Positions 8,788-19,300 of a stretch of DNA of 60,250 nt are shown here, piece after piece. How positions within the stretch are numbered: position 1 is the first letter of the stretch; each line of letters begins with the position of its first letter. The position numbers and the translations under genes were made by a program. This DNA is from a bacterium (GTDB taxonomy: Bacteria > Bacteroidota > Ignavibacteria > Kapaibacteriales > Kapaibacteriaceae): NCBI GenBank assembly GCA_036840065.1, contig DAITZZ010000008.1:5845-66094 (forward strand). Reading direction: 5' to 3'. Under the pieces are notes generated by a model, which was given only the letters and a program-made list of their open reading frames with translations, had not been told where the DNA came from and did not search any database.

Positions 8788-10563
8788 ATGCAAAGTCGCA
8801 TTCACATTCTGCCGGAATACCTCGCCAATCAGATCGCCGCCGGAGAGGTCGTGCAGCGTCCGGAGTCTGTGGTCAAGGAGCTCGTCGAAAACTCCATCGA
8901 CGCCGGTGCCGGGTGTGTGACGGTGGTTGTTCAAGGGGCAGGAAAGAGTCTCATCCACGTCATCGATGACGGCGCTGGGATGTCGCGACCTGATCTTGAG
9001 CTCTGCCTTGTGCGTCATGCCACCAGCAAGATCCGGACTGAAGAAGACCTTCACCGCATTGCCACGCTGGGCTTTCGTGGTGAGGCCATGGCATCGATTG
9101 CTGCCGTGGCTGACGTTGAGGTGCGCACGCGAAGCAGGGACGAAGATCTTGGCTGGACGCTGACGTCGCATCCCGGAAAGCCCCTTGCCATTGCGCCTGC
9201 GACGAACGACGCGGGCACGCAGATCCTTGTGCGGCAGCTCTTTGCATCGGTCCCCGGACGGCGCAAGTTTCTCAAGTCAGACATGACGGAGTTCCGCTAC
9301 ATCAGCGAAACGATGCAGACGCTGGCATTGTCCCGCCCGAGCGTCCGCTTTGTCTTCTACGATGGCCCCAATCGGGTGTTTGATCTGCAGCCTGCGGACC
9401 TGCGCAGCAGGGTGGCCGACGTGCTGGGCGTCGACGCCGGACGAGCTCTTGTTGAGGTTAACAGCGCCGAGGCGGGCATCACGCTTACCGGATACGTTTC
9501 GCGACCGGAAATCGTCCGGCAGAATCGGGGCGGACAGTTCCTGTTTCTCAACGGACGTCCCATCAAGAGCCGGGCCCTTGCGCACGCCGTCAACCAGGCC
9601 TACGAGCATCTTGTTACCGACCGGCAGCATCCGGTCTTTGCGCTGTATCTCGAGATCGATCCCGAGCGCGTTGACGTTAACGTTCACCCACAGAAGCATG
9701 AGGTGAAGTTTGACGATGAACGTGCCGTGTTCCTTCTGCTGCAGGACTCGGTGATGCGCGCTCTTGCGCAGGCGAACATTATTCCGCCGATCATGTCCAA
9801 CGTGTCGATCGCCTCAAGCCCCCTTCGATCACTCGGCACGGAACCGATCTCGGGCGGCCTGATCGTCAACCGCATGACGGGCGAGATCCTACCGGCCAGA
9901 CGCGACAGTATGGACGGGGCATATCAGCCGGTGAGTACTCCGCGCTTTACCTCTGCCCATCAGCGCGCCCACGACATGCTGTTTGCGCCGGCTGACGTGC
10001 CCGAGGAGATGCTCGCTGTCCTGCATGCAACCTCCGAGCGCATCGTTTGCGTCATCCCTGCCGGAGTTATGGTCGTTCGTCCGGCGGCCGCCGCAGAGCG
10101 CGTGTTCTTCGAACAGATCCTCGATAGAGCGACGGGTGATCTTACGCCGCAGACTCTGCTCTTTCCCGTTGAGATAGTCCTTGATGCGCAGAGGCGTGCG
10201 CAGATCGCCGAGCATGGTGATGCGATCATGGCATCTGGCTTCGTGTTCGATCTTGGCGATGCCACCATGACGGTATCGGCCGTGCCATCAGTGGTCGCAC
10301 CGGGGGAGGAGCATTTGGTGATCGACGAGCTCATCAGCGCCATGTCGGACGTCGAGTCCGGCCCCAGTATCGACCGTCAACAAGCGCTCGTGGCGCACCT
10401 GGCGCGGCAGTATGCGCGGCGCAGCGTTTCGGCGATGACACCTCATCGGGCCGAGATCCTCGTTCGGCAGCTGCGCGCGTGCAATATCACGCACCACACA
10501 CCGTTTGGTCAGCCCACATTCGTGGTGATTCCCTTCGAAGAGATTGACTCGAGGCTTTCATGA
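8788..10563 (+). CDS. mutL: DNA mismatch repair protein MutL
   Basis: ANQIAAGEVVQRPESVVKELVENSIDAGA, HATSKI, TLGFRGEAMASI, VDVNVHPQKHEV; C-terminal endonuclease motifs degenerate (see findings). Confidence 0.96.
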   Translation: MQSRIHILPEYLANQIAAGEVVQRPESVVKELVENSIDAGAGCVTVVVQGAGKSLIHVIDDGAGMSRPDLELCLVRHATSKIRTEEDLHRIATLGFRGEAMASIAAVADVEVRTRSRDEDLGWTLTSHPGKPLAIAPATNDAGTQILVRQLFASVPGRRKFLKSDMTEFRYISETMQTLALSRPSVRFVFYDGPNRVFDLQPADLRSRVADVLGVDAGRALVEVNSAEAGITLTGYVSRPEIVRQNRGGQFLFLNGRPIKSRALAHAVNQAYEHLVTDRQHPVFALYLEIDPERVDVNVHPQKHEVKFDDERAVFLLLQDSVMRALAQANIIPPIMSNVSIASSPLRSLGTEPISGGLIVNRMTGEILPARRDSMDGAYQPVSTPRFTSAHQRAHDMLFAPADVPEEMLAVLHATSERIVCVIPAGVMVVRPAAAAERVFFEQILDRATGDLTPQTLLFPVEIVLDAQRRAQIAEHGDAIMASGFVFDLGDATMTVSAVPSVVAPGEEHLVIDELISAMSDVESGPSIDRQQALVAHLARQYARRSVSAMTPHRAEILVRQLRACNITHHTPFGQPTFVVIPFEEIDSRLS

Positions 10564-11201
10564 TCTCAGCGCAAACATTTGTTGTGCCGTTGTTCTTCAT
10601 CCTGCTTTTCTGTGGCGTAAATGCCGAGGCCGCCACGGGGCCGAAGAGTGACGTTGACATTGACACGCTGTCGATGTGGCTCACCGGATCGTTCTCCAGT
10701 CAGAAGCACTCCGAGGTCGACTCGGCGTATCACAATGTAGTACTCAACATGCAGCCCATCTGGAAGCAACGCACCGATGGCGTCTGGATCATTGTCGAGC
10801 AGGCAATGGCGTCAACTCCGGACACCCCATATCGTCAGCGCGTCTATCGTGTGCTTCGTGTGGAAGAGAACATGATCGAGATCGAGATCTTCACCTGGAA
10901 AGATCCCAAGCGTGTGGTCGGTGCCTGGCGCGACGTTGCCAAGCTTGATGACATGTCGCCATCGGATCTGGTGCGCCGTCGTGGCTGCGAGGTCTACCTT
11001 CAGCGCGACGAGGTGAAGTTTCTCGGAAGCACGCACGGCACGGCGTGCTCGAGTGGTATCCGCGGGGCTTCATACGCCACCAGCGAGGTGCAGATCTCGG
11101 CTAACGTCATCTCCAGCTGGGATCGTGGATTCACATCTGCCGGCGAGCAGGTATGGGGAGCCGTCAAGGGTCCGTATTACTTCCTGCGTCAAAAGCCCTA
11201 A
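10560..11201 (+). CDS. CpcT/CpeT family (T-type bilin lyase-like) protein with signal peptide
   Basis: WLTGSFSS, VEQA..PYRQRVY, RRGCEVYL, SWDRG...QVWG..KGPYYF motifs; hydrophobic N-terminus. Confidence 0.8.
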   Translation: MISAQTFVVPLFFILLFCGVNAEAATGPKSDVDIDTLSMWLTGSFSSQKHSEVDSAYHNVVLNMQPIWKQRTDGVWIIVEQAMASTPDTPYRQRVYRVLRVEENMIEIEIFTWKDPKRVVGAWRDVAKLDDMSPSDLVRRRGCEVYLQRDEVKFLGSTHGTACSSGIRGASYATSEVQISANVISSWDRGFTSAGEQVWGAVKGPYYFLRQKP

Positions 11202-11206
11202 TTTTG
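11199..11206 (+). promoter_or_regulatory. -7 element TAATTTTG upstream of the SDR/enoyl-ACP reductase gene, overlapping the upstream stop codon
   Basis: Exact TAnnTTTG(C), ending 34 nt before ATG 11241. Confidence 0.55.
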
Positions 11207-11240
11207 CCTTCTCTTCAATTCATTTACGGATCAAGCGATA

Positions 11241-12068
11241 ATGTCTTCTACACAGCAGTATGCACTGATTCTTGGCGTATCCAGTGGTTTCGGCCGTGCT
11301 GCCGCGCGTGCCATGGCAGAAGAGGGACTACACATCATCGGTGTGCACCTTGACCGTGCGGCGGGCATACAACAGGTAAACGAGCTCAAGACCGAGCTGA
11401 ACGAACTTGGTGTGCGGCACCTGTTCTTCAACCTCAACGCAGCCGATCCGGAGCGCCGTGCAGAGATCATGGATGGCATCCGGGATGAGTTTGAAGCCCA
11501 CCCGGGGTCGACCATCCGACTCATGCTGCATTCGCTGGCATTTGGTACGCTAAAGCCATTCATCTCCGATCAGCCTGCTGATTCGATCTCACAGAAGAAT
11601 CTCGAGATGACGCTTGATGTGATGGCCAACTCGTTGGTCTATTATGCTCAGGACATTGTCCGCAGGGGGCTTATGAACCCCGGTGGACGTATCGTTGGTC
11701 TGACCAGCGCCGGGGCCTCGCGCGTTCTTCCGATGTACGGCGCTGTATCTGCAGCCAAAGCTGCCATGGAAGCATACTGCCGGCAGCTTGGCATGGAGCT
11801 CGCACCGTATGGCATCACGGCCAACACCATCCGTGCTGGCGTGACGTCAACGCCGGCCCTTTCGAAGATCCCGGGCAATGACGTGATCGTGAACAATGCG
11901 CTGATGCGCAATCCATACCACCGTCTGACCACACCGGACGATGTTGCCAACGTGCTGCGTCTGCTGGTCAAGGACCACGCCTACTGGATCAATGGCGAGA
12001 CGCTGGGAGTTGATGGTGGAGAGGATGCCGTCGATCTGACCTGGTGGAAACCCGGATCAGAGGCGTAA
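11241..12068 (+). CDS. SDR oxidoreductase, FabL/FabI-like enoyl-ACP reductase
   Basis: LILGVSSGFG Rossmann motif; Y-x6-K catalytic motif YGAVSAAK; GVTSTPAL; INGETLGVDGG. Confidence 0.75.
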   Translation: MSSTQQYALILGVSSGFGRAAARAMAEEGLHIIGVHLDRAAGIQQVNELKTELNELGVRHLFFNLNAADPERRAEIMDGIRDEFEAHPGSTIRLMLHSLAFGTLKPFISDQPADSISQKNLEMTLDVMANSLVYYAQDIVRRGLMNPGGRIVGLTSAGASRVLPMYGAVSAAKAAMEAYCRQLGMELAPYGITANTIRAGVTSTPALSKIPGNDVIVNNALMRNPYHRLTTPDDVANVLRLLVKDHAYWINGETLGVDGGEDAVDLTWWKPGSEA

Positions 12069-12085
12069 AGCCCCTTCAACGGCAC

Positions 12086-13447
12086 TTAGAGGTACTCAAG
12101 CACATCATGGCGTGTTAGCACGCCGCTGATGCTTCCAAACTCGGTCACGACCACCAGCGGCGCATTGCGCAGCAGCTGGATACCCGTCTGCACGTCATTG
12201 TGAATGTCGACCGTCGGGCAGGGGGCTTCCATAATTGCCGTAACAGGCGACGTCAGAAGGTCGCGGTCATTGATCACGGCAGACATCAGGCGTGCCTCGC
12301 GGACCATGCCGCTGAGCGTTGCGCCGTCGATCACCGGCAGGTCACTGACTTCGTGCGAGCTCATCAGCGCGAGTGCTTCGGAGACGGTCGCCACTGGCGG
12401 CACGCTGACCACCGATGGGAGATGTCCTCGTGAGCGTTTTGCTGCTACGACATCGCGCACCGTAATGCGTTCGCGCTCAAGAAGGTCCTTTTCCTCAAGC
12501 CATTCGTCGGAGTGATGCTTCGTCAGGTAACGCTCTCCGGTGTCGCAGATGATCGCCACGACGACGGCATTCTCATCGAGCTTCTCGGCGATGCGCAGAG
12601 CTGCGGCCACATTCATGCCTGATGAGCCGCCACAGAATATGCCTTCCTGACGCGCCAGCTGACGTGCCATGGAGAAGGCCTCCTTGTCGTTGACGTTGAT
12701 GATCTCATCAACCAGGTTAAGATCGAGATTGTCCGGCAGTCGATCCTGGCCAACACCCTCAACAAGGTAGGGGAGTGATTCGATCAGGCGACCCGTTTCT
12801 TTGTAGACCTTCAGTGACGATCCGACCGGATCACCGGCAACGACCTTGATCGCCGGATTCATCTTCTTGAGGTAACGGGCCGTACCGCTGATTGTTCCGC
12901 CAGTACCCATGCCGGCCACGAAATGAGTGATCTTCCCATCGGTGTCCTGCCAGATCTCGGGTCCGGTCGTACGCTCATGTGCATCGGCATTGGCCGGATT
13001 ATCGTACTGATTCAGAATGACCGCTCCGGGGATCTCACCGGCCAGTCGCTGTGCGGTGTTGACGTAGTATTCTGGCGAGCTGGGCTTTGCAGCGCTTGGC
13101 ATGATCAGCACCTCACCGCCAAGAGCCTTGATGTAGCGTACGCGCTCGACCGACGCCTTGTCCGTGGTCACCAGCAGGCACGGATAACCCTTAAGCCGCG
13201 CGGCGATCGTCAGACCGATACCGGTGTTACCACTGGTTGGCTCAATGATCAGCGACCCCGGCTTGAGGCGACCACTGCGTTCGGCATCTTCGATCATTGC
13301 TATGCCGATGCGGTCTTTGATCGATCCGCCGGGATTGCGTGATTCGAGCTTTACCAGAACGGTTGCCTTGACGTTGCGTGCAAGGGCATTGAGTTTGATA
13401 AGGGGCGTCTTGCCGATGAGGTCGAGGACGGACGACTGAACGTTCAT
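12086..13447 (-). CDS. Cystathionine beta-synthase with C-terminal CBS domain pair
   Basis: NPGGSIKDRIG (PLP Lys), EPTSGNTG, GMGTGGT, VEGVG, CDTGERYLTK, plus two CBS repeats. Confidence 0.88.
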   Translation of the reverse strand: MNVQSSVLDLIGKTPLIKLNALARNVKATVLVKLESRNPGGSIKDRIGIAMIEDAERSGRLKPGSLIIEPTSGNTGIGLTIAARLKGYPCLLVTTDKASVERVRYIKALGGEVLIMPSAAKPSSPEYYVNTAQRLAGEIPGAVILNQYDNPANADAHERTTGPEIWQDTDGKITHFVAGMGTGGTISGTARYLKKMNPAIKVVAGDPVGSSLKVYKETGRLIESLPYLVEGVGQDRLPDNLDLNLVDEIINVNDKEAFSMARQLARQEGIFCGGSSGMNVAAALRIAEKLDENAVVVAIICDTGERYLTKHHSDEWLEEKDLLERERITVRDVVAAKRSRGHLPSVVSVPPVATVSEALALMSSHEVSDLPVIDGATLSGMVREARLMSAVINDRDLLTSPVTAIMEAPCPTVDIHNDVQTGIQLLRNAPLVVVTEFGSISGVLTRHDVLEYL

Positions 13448-15204
13448 GAGATCTGCTGTTCCAATTGTTGGCGTTCGTACATGTCAAAATACAGACCACG
13501 GCGCTGAAGAAGCTCGGCATGCGAGCCCCTTTCGATGATCCTGCCCTTGTCCAGCACGATGATCGTGCTGCAGCGCTGCACCGTGGAGATGCGATGTGAG
13601 ATCACGATGGTGGTGCGTCCCTTCATCACGCTTTCCAGGCCGCTCATGATGCGGTCTTCTGTCGATGCATCCACGGCAGAAAGTGCATCATCCAGGATCA
13701 GGATCCGTGGGTCGCTAACGATGGCCCGTGCCAGCGAGGTGCGCTGCTTCTGTCCACCCGAGAGCGTCACGCCGCGCTCTCCGACAACGGTGTCGAAGCC
13801 GCCAGGAAGCGTACTGATGTCCGTAGGCAGCTGAGCAATCTCGGCCGCGTGGGCGACCTCTTCGTCTGTGGCGGTTGGACGTCCGAAGCGGATGTTCTCA
13901 CGAATGGTATCGGAGAATAGAAACGACTCTTGAGGCACAACGGCTATCCCCGCGCGCAACGTCCCGAGCTGGTACTCGCGCACATCATGTCCGTCGATGA
14001 GCACCGCGCCTTGGCTGACGTCATACAGGCGGGGCAAGAGGCCGATGATCGAGGACTTGCCACTTCCTACGCTGCCGACAATGCCAAGGCTTTCTCCGGG
14101 ATCAATGCTGAACGAGACGTCCTGCAGGACATCTGAGCGTCCATCATACCGCAGTGAGACGTTGCGAAACTCTACCTTGCCGTTGATATGGCCCGTCGAA
14201 GCACGTCCCGAAACGATGGTCGAGGGGGCATCGATGATCGCTCCGAGTCGGCCGATCGATGCCGCACCGCGCTGGATCATGCTCGTGACCCAGCCGATGG
14301 CAGCGATAGGCCAGAGCAGCTGATTGAGGTAGATGAAGAACTGTGTCAGCTCGCCAACCGTGAGTTCGTTCCTGGCAACCAGCCAGCCGCCCACGCCGAT
14401 CACGATCACATAGCTGAGATTGAACAGCACCGTCATGCCCGGCATCATCAGCGCCTGAATGCGCGCAAGGCGCATGTTCTTGCTGTAGTAGTCGCGGCTG
14501 AGTTGATCGAAGCGTTCGGATTCATCTTCGCCACGCGCATAGGCCCGAACGACGCGGATGCCCGATGCCGTCTCCTGAGCATGTGTGGTGATATGCTCGT
14601 AATGCTCCTGCACGATGCGGTAGTTGGCATGGATACGTCGCCCGAGTCGATAGGTGAGTGTCGACACAAGCGGCACGGGAAGCAGGATTGCAATCGATAG
14701 CCAGCCGTTGAGGTTCACCATCCACGAGAGCGCGAAGGCAAAGGTGGTGATGGTATTGGCCGTATACATAATGGCCGGACCAATGAACTCGCGGACCGAG
14801 CCGATGTCATTGGAAAAGTGCGCCAGCAGAGAGCCGGTCGATCGGTCGTGAAAGAACTTTGACGGTTGCACGCGAAGCGCGTTGACAAAGTCGTTACGAA
14901 GGTCTTCTTCGACAAGGCGTGACATGACGATGATCGTACGGCGCGTGCAGAACATAAAGAACCCGCTGCCGATCGTCAGTGCAATGATCTGCGTGATCAG
15001 CCAGGCAATATCGGACTGCGTTGTGCCGGAGGACTTGACCGCGTCGATGGTCGAGCCGACCACATGCGGGACCGTCGTTGAACAGATATTCGACAGGGTA
15101 ATGAACAGCAGACCAAGGGCTGTGCGTGATCGATAGCGCTGAACGTATGGCAGAAGTCGGCGTAGTTCGCTCAGTGCCCCGGTCGTTGGTTTGGATTCAG
15201 ACAT
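13444..15204 (-). CDS. ABC exporter half-transporter (TMD+NBD), MdlA/YheI-like
   Basis: Multiple TMs; Walker [10 protein letters not shown]; LSGGQKQR; Walker B ILILDD. Start moved to ATG 15204, which overlaps the fbaB stop. Confidence 0.92.
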   Translation of the reverse strand: MSESKPTTGALSELRRLLPYVQRYRSRTALGLLFITLSNICSTTVPHVVGSTIDAVKSSGTTQSDIAWLITQIIALTIGSGFFMFCTRRTIIVMSRLVEEDLRNDFVNALRVQPSKFFHDRSTGSLLAHFSNDIGSVREFIGPAIMYTANTITTFAFALSWMVNLNGWLSIAILLPVPLVSTLTYRLGRRIHANYRIVQEHYEHITTHAQETASGIRVVRAYARGEDESERFDQLSRDYYSKNMRLARIQALMMPGMTVLFNLSYVIVIGVGGWLVARNELTVGELTQFFIYLNQLLWPIAAIGWVTSMIQRGAASIGRLGAIIDAPSTIVSGRASTGHINGKVEFRNVSLRYDGRSDVLQDVSFSIDPGESLGIVGSVGSGKSSIIGLLPRLYDVSQGAVLIDGHDVREYQLGTLRAGIAVVPQESFLFSDTIRENIRFGRPTATDEEVAHAAEIAQLPTDISTLPGGFDTVVGERGVTLSGGQKQRTSLARAIVSDPRILILDDALSAVDASTEDRIMSGLESVMKGRTTIVISHRISTVQRCSTIIVLDKGRIIERGSHAELLQRRGLYFDMYERQQLEQQIS

Positions 15205-16268
15205 CAGGCGATCGTCACGTCCTGACAGAGGTAGACATCCTGAATGGCGTGCAGAAGCTCGACGCCTTCGTCCATTGGACGCTGGAAGGCCTTCCGTCCG
15301 GAGATTAGCCCCATACCACCGGCACGCTTGTTGATGACTGCCGTTGCCACGGCCTCGGCCATATCGTTCTGTCCGGAAGCACCGCCTGAGTTGATCAGCC
15401 CGATGCGCCCCATATAGCAGTTGGCAACCTGATAGCGGCACAGATCGATCGGGTGATCACTTGCAAGTTCACTGTACATGCGCTTGTCGAGTTTACCGTA
15501 ACTCGAACCGCCCATGTTCATTGCCTCAAAGCCGCCATTGTTTTCCGGAAGCTTCTGCTTGATGATGTCCGCTCCGATGGTCACGCCAAGGTGGTTGGCC
15601 TGACCGGTCAGGTCCGCCGACACGTGATAGTCCTTATCGGCCTTGAACGCCGGGTTGCGCAGGTAGCACCAGAGGATCGTCGCCATGCCCAGTTCGTGCG
15701 CAAGTGCGAAGGCCTCAGCGATCTCCACAATCTGCCGTCCGCTCTCGGGTGATCCAAAGTAGATCGTCGCCCCGATGGCCGCCGCACCCATGTCGTGCGC
15801 CTGACGCACAGTGCCGAACAGGACCTGGTCGAACTTATTCGGAAAGGTCAGCAACTCGTTGTGGTTGATCTTTACCACAAAGGGAATGTGGTGGGCATAC
15901 TGACGTGCCACGTTCCCGAGTACGCCGAAGGTTGATGCTACGGCATTGCAGCCCCCTTCGATGGCCAGCTCGACGATACGAGCAGGATCGAAGTAGATAG
16001 GGTTCTTGGCAAACGATGCACCGGCGCTATGCTCGATTCCCTGATCGACTGGCAGGATCGAAACGTATCCGGTGTTGGCAAGTCGTCCGGTGGAATGGAT
16101 CCATTGCAGGTTGTTCAGCACACGGTTGCTGCGGTCGGAGCCAACGAAAATGTCGCTCACCGACGACGGTGAGGGGACGTAGATCGACTCTTTCGGTATA
16201 GTCGAGCAGGCATGCTCAAGCAGGTAGGGGGCTTGTGGCCCCAGCAGAGACGAAATGCGATCGATCAT
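15204..16268 (-). CDS. fbaB: Class I fructose-bisphosphate aldolase (DhnA/FbaB type)
   Basis: [47 protein letters not shown]; GAGAGG upstream of ATG 16268. Confidence 0.94.
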   Translation of the reverse strand: MIDRISSLLGPQAPYLLEHACSTIPKESIYVPSPSSVSDIFVGSDRSNRVLNNLQWIHSTGRLANTGYVSILPVDQGIEHSAGASFAKNPIYFDPARIVELAIEGGCNAVASTFGVLGNVARQYAHHIPFVVKINHNELLTFPNKFDQVLFGTVRQAHDMGAAAIGATIYFGSPESGRQIVEIAEAFALAHELGMATILWCYLRNPAFKADKDYHVSADLTGQANHLGVTIGADIIKQKLPENNGGFEAMNMGGSSYGKLDKRMYSELASDHPIDLCRYQVANCYMGRIGLINSGGASGQNDMAEAVATAVINKRAGGMGLISGRKAFQRPMDEGVELLHAIQDVYLCQDVTIA

Positions 16269-16298
16269 CAGGTACCTCTCAAGTGGGGGATGCGGGTG

Positions 16299-16306
16299 CA
16301 AATCTA
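16299..16306 (-). promoter_or_regulatory. -7 element TAGATTTG for fbaB operon
   Basis: Minus strand reads ttcgTAGATTTGcacc, the same core as upstream of ispF. Confidence 0.7.
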
Positions 16307-16308
16307 CG

Positions 16309-16348
16309 AAAACGACGCGGGCGGCTCCGGAATCCCGGAACCGCCCGC
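16309..16348 (-). terminator. Intrinsic terminator of the VWA giant-protein gene
   Basis: Minus strand GCGGGCGGTTCCGG-gatt-CCGGAGCCGCCCGC (14 bp, one G-U pair) followed by gtcgtttt. Confidence 0.75.
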
Positions 16349-16379
16349 TGATGACTACAGCAATGATTGGATCGGCAGG

Positions 16380-19300
16380 TCAGCGTAGAACGTTGAAGGT
16401 CGTCGTTGCCGAGAACGGACCGCTGAGCATGCGAACGAAGTACACACCGTTGGCCAGGTCGGTGACGTTCACCGAGAGCTCGTACTGACCGGATGGAACC
16501 ACCGGACTGTGTACCTCGAGGACAAGATCACCCATGGAGTTGACGATCTGGAACGAGGTGGAAAGCGTCAGACCGGTCGTGTACGGGATCGTCAGCACAT
16601 CACGCACTGGATTGCTGCGTGGTGGCTGAATTCCTCCGCGGTTCGAGCCAAACTTTACCAGACGGCCAGTGGTGTTGCAGACTTCTGCCATCGTCACCGA
16701 TGAGCGATCGCCCACCGGAACAAGACAGTTGATCGGAGTAGTTACACTCATCTGCAGCGGAAGTGCCGAATCGGCGTTCAAGAAGACGTCGAACGTCGGC
16801 GTGACGAATACGCCCTGCTGGAGCGTCGAGCCCCCTGCCTGAGCATCAATGTCAACACGGCCGATCGCCGCCGTAGGTGTAAACGTCCAGCCGTTCATCT
16901 GCTGTGCACCGAGTGAACGGAAGCGTATTGATGCAGCGTCGTGCGTGATCGCGATAGCGAAGCTTTGCGGACGCGCCCCGGTGAATTCGGCGGCATCGTA
17001 GGACACGTTGATCGGTACGGCAACGGCCTGGCCGACACGACCTTCAGCGATAGTGCCGAAGCTGAACTGTACCGGAGTTGTGACGCCCTCGCCATCGATA
17101 CTGACGGTGAGCTTCAGACTCTGGTCATTCGGGATCGTGAAGGTTGCGGCTGTGCGTCCGATCACGCTTGGCTGGAACGTTACGGTGATGACCTTCGACT
17201 GACCGGGCTTGAGGACGAATCCCGTCGTCTGATCCAGCGTGAACGATCCGACATCACCACTGCCGATCGGTGCCTGGCAGGTGAGATCAAACTGCGTGCT
17301 GTTGTTGGTAATCGTAAACGTCGCCGTCCGGGTTGCACACGTGAGCGTCTTCGGGAATGTCACTGGATCCAGTGTTGATGCGTCGCGTCCGAGCCCTTCG
17401 ACAACAACCAGCGTGTCGGCATATGGTGGCACAGGGCCTGGGCCGGTTTTGGCGTCATGGCTGATGCGCACGTTCACACGGTTGTTTCCGACCACCTGCG
17501 GTGTGAAGGACACGGGGATCTCCAGCGGAGCTGAGTTCGGCTTGAGGGTGATCGGAAGTGTCGGGAGCGTGCCCGTGAGTGCAAATGCGGCTGTTGGAGA
17601 GTCGAAGGCGATCGTACCGATCACCAGATCGCTGGTCGGATCGGTGTTCTGGATCACGATCTTCCCGGTCTCCGGCGAGAGCGTCGAGACGGTCCAGGGT
17701 GAGAACGTGTACCCCGTTGCTTTGATCGCCGGGAGGAATCCGCTTCCGGTCACGCGGCCGGTCAGAGGCTGGCTCTCCTTGCCCTTGATCACGACTACGA
17801 CCTCGGCGCTGTGCGCGCCGCGCGTCTGGGGCGTGTATGTGACTGGAATCTTGAGTACCTCGCTGGCGGCCAGTCTCGTTGGAGCGGGCAGCGTGAAGAC
17901 GAAGTTCGGGTTCGATGGATCAGACAGTGTGATCGAGCTGATCTCGGCTGCTTCTGAGTTGAGATTGCTGATGCTGATCGCACCCGTGCCCGGAGTGAGC
18001 ACGCGCAGACGACCCAGATCGATACTGTCGATGATCACACGGGGCTCAATGATCTCAACTTCGATCGTTGAGATCTGTTCGCCACAGATCTCTGGTGGCA
18101 GACCGAAGTTGATCGTTGTGGATTTTACCCCTGGGGATGCAGCGAGGATGTCGAAATCGACGTCCAGACACCCGCCATTGGGAGCAAGGGTGAAAGGACC
18201 GGTGTTACGCACCACGATGTCGGCATTAGGCACCGTAACTCGAAGGTTTCCACTGATGGCAACCTTGCCGGAGTTCTTGATCATGCAGGTGACCTTCTGC
18301 TGGCGAGGCTGACCGAGGGGAACCTTGCCAAGATTCTCACGAGCAATGCTCTCGACATCGCATGGGGCTGTTGCAAGACCATCCAGGCTGAGCTGGACAG
18401 GTGAGCCACAGGTGCCGGCGATCTCAATCAGTGCCGTGCGGCTGCCGATGCCTTTCGGCGTGAAGATCAGCTCAATGTTGATCGACTTGCCAGCTGGAAC
18501 GACTTGGCCGATGATGTTGCCGGATAACTGAAAATCCGCGCTGTTTGCGCCGGCCACCGTCACGCTCTTTACCGCGACGTCGAAGTTTCCGATGTTGGTC
18601 AGAAGTGCCGTAGCCGTTGTCGACTGGCCCTGCTGGATGGTCTGAAAGGTAACCTTGTTCGGGCGGAACTCCAGCTGCGGTGCTTTCACCGAGAAGATGT
18701 TGTCGGAAACGTCACTGGAGGCCGGGGCCGACCCTTCCTTGTTGACGTATACATCGTCCGATCCCGGACCCGAGTTGTTCGGCAGGGTGATCCCCGGGGG
18801 GGTGAACGTGATCGGTCCGCGGAAGATATCGGTCTTGTATGCAAAGTTCAGTCGGTCGGTTGCCGACGTCTGCTGGTAGGCTCCCGTTGTTGGCTTGGTG
18901 CCGGTGGTAAATGCCAGTGGGTAGCCCTGCGAATCATACGTGACGTAGAAGTCACGGTCAGCGGCATTCGGGAACGCCGGCGAGGAAACGGTCGCACCCG
19001 TGCGGCTGATGCCAACCTCGGCATATCGCTGAAACTTCCCGGCTACGATCACCGTGACGTTACCGGCCGGGTCATACTGCAGACCAATGTCGGTTAGCAT
19101 TGCATAACTGATCCGCGTTGCCGTTCCTTTGGAGCCAGCCTGCCAGTCGAGCTTTCCTGTCGAGTCGAACTTAAACAGGAAGAAGTTGCGCTGATCGAGT
19201 GGACCTCTCGAGAAGGAGTAAGGACCGAAAGTAGCAGAAGGACTCGAGTAGTAGCCGGCAACGTAGTAATTGCCCCTGTTGTCGACCACACAGCCGATGA

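Noticed and set aside
10560-11201. CpcT-like and crtC-like genes as evidence of phototrophy
   Set aside because: No reaction-centre, bch/chl or phycobiliprotein genes in the window; both families also occur in heterotrophs
17239-18312. 357-aa plus-strand ORF, and similar long antisense ORFs at 25070-25969, 39693-40676, 46227-47138 and 54996-55958
   Set aside because: Antisense shadow frames of real genes in GC-rich DNA, with no recognisable motifs
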